Below are positions 61,135-64,000 of a stretch of 64,000 nucleotides of DNA, in pieces. Each line of letters begins with the position of its first letter. Position 1 is the first letter of the stretch. Origin of the DNA: a virus; the IMG/VR virus record IMGVR_UViG_3300011815_000021, positions 4,828 to 68,827 of that record. One strand, given 5' to 3'. The notes beneath the pieces were generated by a model. That model was not told where the DNA came from and ran no database searches. It saw nothing but the letters and a program-made list of their open reading frames with translations. The position numbers and the translations under genes were made by a program.

Positions 61135-61420
61135 ATTAATTAATTATCAAGTAAAAGTGAGGGTGTAATTATGAAGAATGTTTTTGATGTTTATTGTGGT
61201 TTTAATATGTGTATAATAAATAATTATATATTGCAAAAAATAACAAAATGAAAATTACAGCAGATAATGAACATGAATTATATCAAAAAGTTAAATTGTA
61301 TAGCATTTGTAACAATGGATAAATAGTCTGTTTTAAAGGAAGTTAAAATAAAAATAAGTACGGTTTGTACTGTTGAATAATTGAGAGATATATCATTTTA
61401 AATAAGAAGAGGTGTTAAAA

Positions 61421-61726
61421 TTGGAAACTAAAGTTATAACAATTGAAGAATGGGCTGGAGATAATAGGATTGAATTAACTGACACTCAAATAAAAGATTT
61501 AGTAAATGCAATTAATGCTTTATGTGAAATTCCATTAGAATATCTCATTAAGCCTTCCAATTACAACAATGAAGTTGAAAAATTAGAAAATAAAATTAGA
61601 TTATTGGAATCTTTTATAAGAGAAAAAGGATTTAACATTACTACTAATAATGACTATATAACAGAACATTATTTTGAAAGAATAACCGATAGTCATATGG
61701 CGAGTAATAACAGAGTGTTTAAGTAA
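61421..61726 (+). CDS. hypothetical protein, paralog of 60826-61134
   Basis: As above; same AGAGGTGTTAAA(A)TTG start context. Confidence 0.8.
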   Translation: METKVITIEEWAGDNRIELTDTQIKDLVNAINALCEIPLEYLIKPSNYNNEVEKLENKIRLLESFIREKGFNITTNNDYITEHYFERITDSHMASNNRVFK

Positions 61727-61808
61727 ATATTGCATTATATAATACTTTTAAACAAATAAATAGTTTGGTTTATGTAGATTAAAAATAAAAATAAGTGAGG
61801 ACATAGAA

Positions 61809-62006
61809 GTGGATAGACAAGTAACAATAGGAGAAGTTAGAAAATGGAATACTGGAGTTGTAGCAACACATTTTAAAATTGTTAAAAACAGAGGATTCTA
61901 TTATGGTACACATTATTACATCATTGAATATTTAGAAAATAAAATAAAACAAACTGTATCTTTTGAAGATTTAGTAGATAAATCAACTTTAATAAAAGCG
62001 TATTAA
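61809..62006 (+). CDS. hypothetical protein
   Basis: GAGG RBS, GTG start. Confidence 0.65.
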   Translation: MDRQVTIGEVRKWNTGVVATHFKIVKNRGFYYGTHYYIIEYLENKIKQTVSFEDLVDKSTLIKAY

Positions 62007-62063
62007 TATAAAACTGTGATTTGAAAGGTATTTATAAAAATATTGAAAAGTGAGGTAATTTAT

Positions 62064-62327
62064 ATGAACAATGAAAATATTAAATATGTAATCGCAAGAA
62101 AATATCATTCAGATAAAAATAGCTATGATTTTATAGCAACATTATCTCATCATTTTGCTGGTGAAGATGAAGTTATTGGATATCTTCCACTAAATAACTG
62201 TTTACATTTTGAAACAAAAGAAGAAGCAGAAAAAACATTTTTAACTCAACCAAAATGGGTAAAAGAAAAGCATATTGTAATACCATTTAATAATTACTAT
62301 GGAGATGCGTTTTTAATAAGAGATTAA
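62064..62327 (+). CDS. hypothetical protein
   Basis: GAGGT RBS; FETKEEA. Confidence 0.7.
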   Translation: MNNENIKYVIARKYHSDKNSYDFIATLSHHFAGEDEVIGYLPLNNCLHFETKEEAEKTFLTQPKWVKEKHIVIPFNNYYGDAFLIRD

Positions 62328-62375
62328 TTATTATAAAATCGTGAATTTAAACAAATAAAAATAAGTGAGGTTGTT

Positions 62376-62561
62376 ATGAATATAAGAAAAGAAATATTAA
62401 ATATGCTAGATAATGAGGAACAAGGTTTTATTTCTCCTGAATGGTCGGAGTTTAATAAATTTAATCTACATGACTTACACAAAGAATTATTTAATTTAGT
62501 AGACGAAGGAATATTAAGAAAAAGAAATTGTTTAGGTTTAGCGTTTAAATATGCTAAATAA
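62376..62561 (+). CDS. small wHTH-like protein
   Basis: LHKELFNLVDEGILRKR. Confidence 0.55.
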   Translation: MNIRKEILNMLDNEEQGFISPEWSEFNKFNLHDLHKELFNLVDEGILRKRNCLGLAFKYAK

Positions 62562-62764
62562 AAAATAATTAGGAGCGTGTAAAATGAAGTTAAGTAAACA
62601 AGAAAAAGAAAAACTAGAAAAATTTTTAAATCAAATTGATGATAATAATAATAATTGTTCAGGTGTAGTAGGTGCGATGATTAACAAATATCAAGAAGGA
62701 TATTTAAACGGAGTAAATGCTGTACTTAATTTACTTAACATAAAATAATTAGGAGTGTGGAAAA

Positions 62765-63016
62765 ATGAAAACCAAAATATTTTACATATGTGAGACTTGT
62801 AATAATATATCATCCGATATAGATATAATTCAAATTTGTGAAGCTAATCACTTAGGGTTAACTGTCAATGAACATTTTTGTTACAAAGCTTTAGAAGAAA
62901 TAGTGAGAAGAACATCATATAAAGTTAGTGTTACAAAAAATACAGAAACTGAAAAAGCTTATGACGAAGCTATAAAAGAGTTAATGGATTTTGAAGAAAA
63001 ACATAATATAAAATAA
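62765..63016 (+). CDS. zinc-binding-like hypothetical protein
   Basis: YICETC...CEANH. Confidence 0.7.
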   Translation: MKTKIFYICETCNNISSDIDIIQICEANHLGLTVNEHFCYKALEEIVRRTSYKVSVTKNTETEKAYDEAIKELMDFEEKHNIK

Positions 63017-63196
63017 CCATTTGAAAGGAGAGATTAGTATATGCAAAAGATGAGTAATGGAGAAGCATTAATATTTATGTTTCTCTTAAATAAAGAAAAC
63101 AAAACAGAAGACGAACGTGTATGGTTTGAAAAATTTACAAAGAAATACATGCCACATAAGTGTGTATGTGCTTAGTTAAAGTGAGGTAATAAAAAT

Positions 63197-63445
63197 ATGG
63201 AAACAGGAAATATAATAGTTGATACGTTATCAACAGAATATAGAAATAATCGCACTAAATTAAATAATTTAATATCAGCGAGAAGTTTCTGTAGGAGTGA
63301 ATTAAATACTGAAATAAAATATTGTCAATACAAAGAATTAGAGGATATGATTAATAATTATAATAAAGAAATAGAAGCTCTAGAAAACTATATTGATGGT
63401 ATACATGATGCTAGAGAATTGGTTATGAAATTAGTAATAAAATGA
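63197..63445 (+). CDS. hypothetical coiled-coil protein
   Basis: GAGGT RBS. Confidence 0.7.
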   Translation: METGNIIVDTLSTEYRNNRTKLNNLISARSFCRSELNTEIKYCQYKELEDMINNYNKEIEALENYIDGIHDARELVMKLVIK

Positions 63446-63467
63446 GAAATTTACAAGGAGTGATAAA

Positions 63468-63680
63468 ATGTTATCATCATGGAGAATGAAATCAATATTT
63501 TCATTGTCAAAAGAAACGTCAGTTGAAGAATTACAAGACATAAGAAGTGAATTAGAAAAAATACATAATAGAATAACTTGGATAAAAATTAATGATTTTA
63601 CTACATGGCAAATAGAACGTGAATTTATCAAAATAAAAGAACTAATTGAGAATATGAGTATAGTTATAAAAGAAAAGTAG
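63468..63680 (+). CDS. hypothetical protein
   Basis: AAGGAGTG RBS. Confidence 0.7.
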   Translation: MLSSWRMKSIFSLSKETSVEELQDIRSELEKIHNRITWIKINDFTTWQIEREFIKIKELIENMSIVIKEK

Positions 63681-63693
63681 GAGGATTAAATTA

Positions 63694-63885
63694 ATGAGTT
63701 GTGAAATGTGTGGTAATACAATAGGATTTGCATTTGGAACATGTTGTAGTTGTGGATGGAATGACATTGAAAAAGTTTTTCGTTGGGTTGAGGTTGATGT
63801 AAAGGATTTACCATTAGATATAAGAGGGTATTTAATTTTTAAACATCATAAACGAAAATTGAAATATAAGGAGAATATAAAATGA
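63694..63885 (+). CDS. small zinc-ribbon protein
   Basis: CEMC...CCSCGW; AGGAGG RBS. Confidence 0.7.
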   Translation: MSCEMCGNTIGFAFGTCCSCGWNDIEKVFRWVEVDVKDLPLDIRGYLIFKHHKRKLKYKENIK

Positions 63886-64000
63886 GTATAGAAAATTTAT
63901 TAGACCGTAAAGATTATTTAGAAGGACATATTCAGAAACTTAGACATTGTAATAATAATGAGTTGTTAATAACAATAACTCAAAACAATTTAATTGATGT

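Larger units (their letters stand above)
1..64000. mobile_element. SPbeta-like large temperate siphophage/prophage, internal segment
   Basis: Terminase-portal-scaffold-capsid-tail-TMP order as in SPbeta yonF..yomI, YonO-like polymerase, recombinase in the tail operon, UmuC-like gene beyond the tail, array of small early genes; ends not seen. Confidence 0.92.

Noticed and set aside
53951..62063. ORF-track starts such as MEVLK/MEVIK/MEVV/MKSEV
   Set aside because: These TTG starts lie within or just before the GGAGG/GAGG Shine-Dalgarno; real starts are the ATGs just downstream.
1..64000. Stop-codon reassignment
   Set aside because: Long genes are intact in the standard code and TAA, TAG and TGA all end genes; the split genes involve frame changes, not in-frame stops.

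Overview
This is a 64-kb internal segment of a large, very AT-rich SPbeta-like temperate siphophage or prophage of a Bacillota host (probably Clostridia). No att site or host gene is visible. At the far left is the 3' part of a Y-family polymerase (DinB/UmuC) with its small partner gene. The minus strand (about 1-47 kb) carries a morphogenesis block in SPbeta yom/yon-like order: tail fibre, Tal, Dit, tape measure, tyrosine recombinase, RusA, tail tube, head-tail genes, capsid, scaffold, portal and terminase. It continues with a metallophosphoesterase, a tRNA-Ser, a YonO-like single-subunit RNA polymerase, a PRTase, a split antirepressor and a Rep-like gene. A ~2.5-kb non-coding divergence region follows, then a plus-strand array of ~40 small early genes. 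Points of most interest: (i) a recurrent TAAA(A/T)-N6-TTT(T/G)A site at gene boundaries, suggesting integron-like cassette shuffling, possibly by the phage tyrosine recombinase; (ii) a self-contained TIR + 4-TM two-gene candidate defence moron; (iii) several genes, including the RNA polymerase, that appear to start at ATA/ATT/CTG/ATC; (iv) an 8/4-fold tRNA-Ser(GCU); (v) a candidate structured ncRNA; (vi) a paralog pair/Xre/antisense-RNA module in the tail moron hotspot; (vii) no recognisable lysis genes. All functional calls come from motifs and synteny read by eye; no searches were run.
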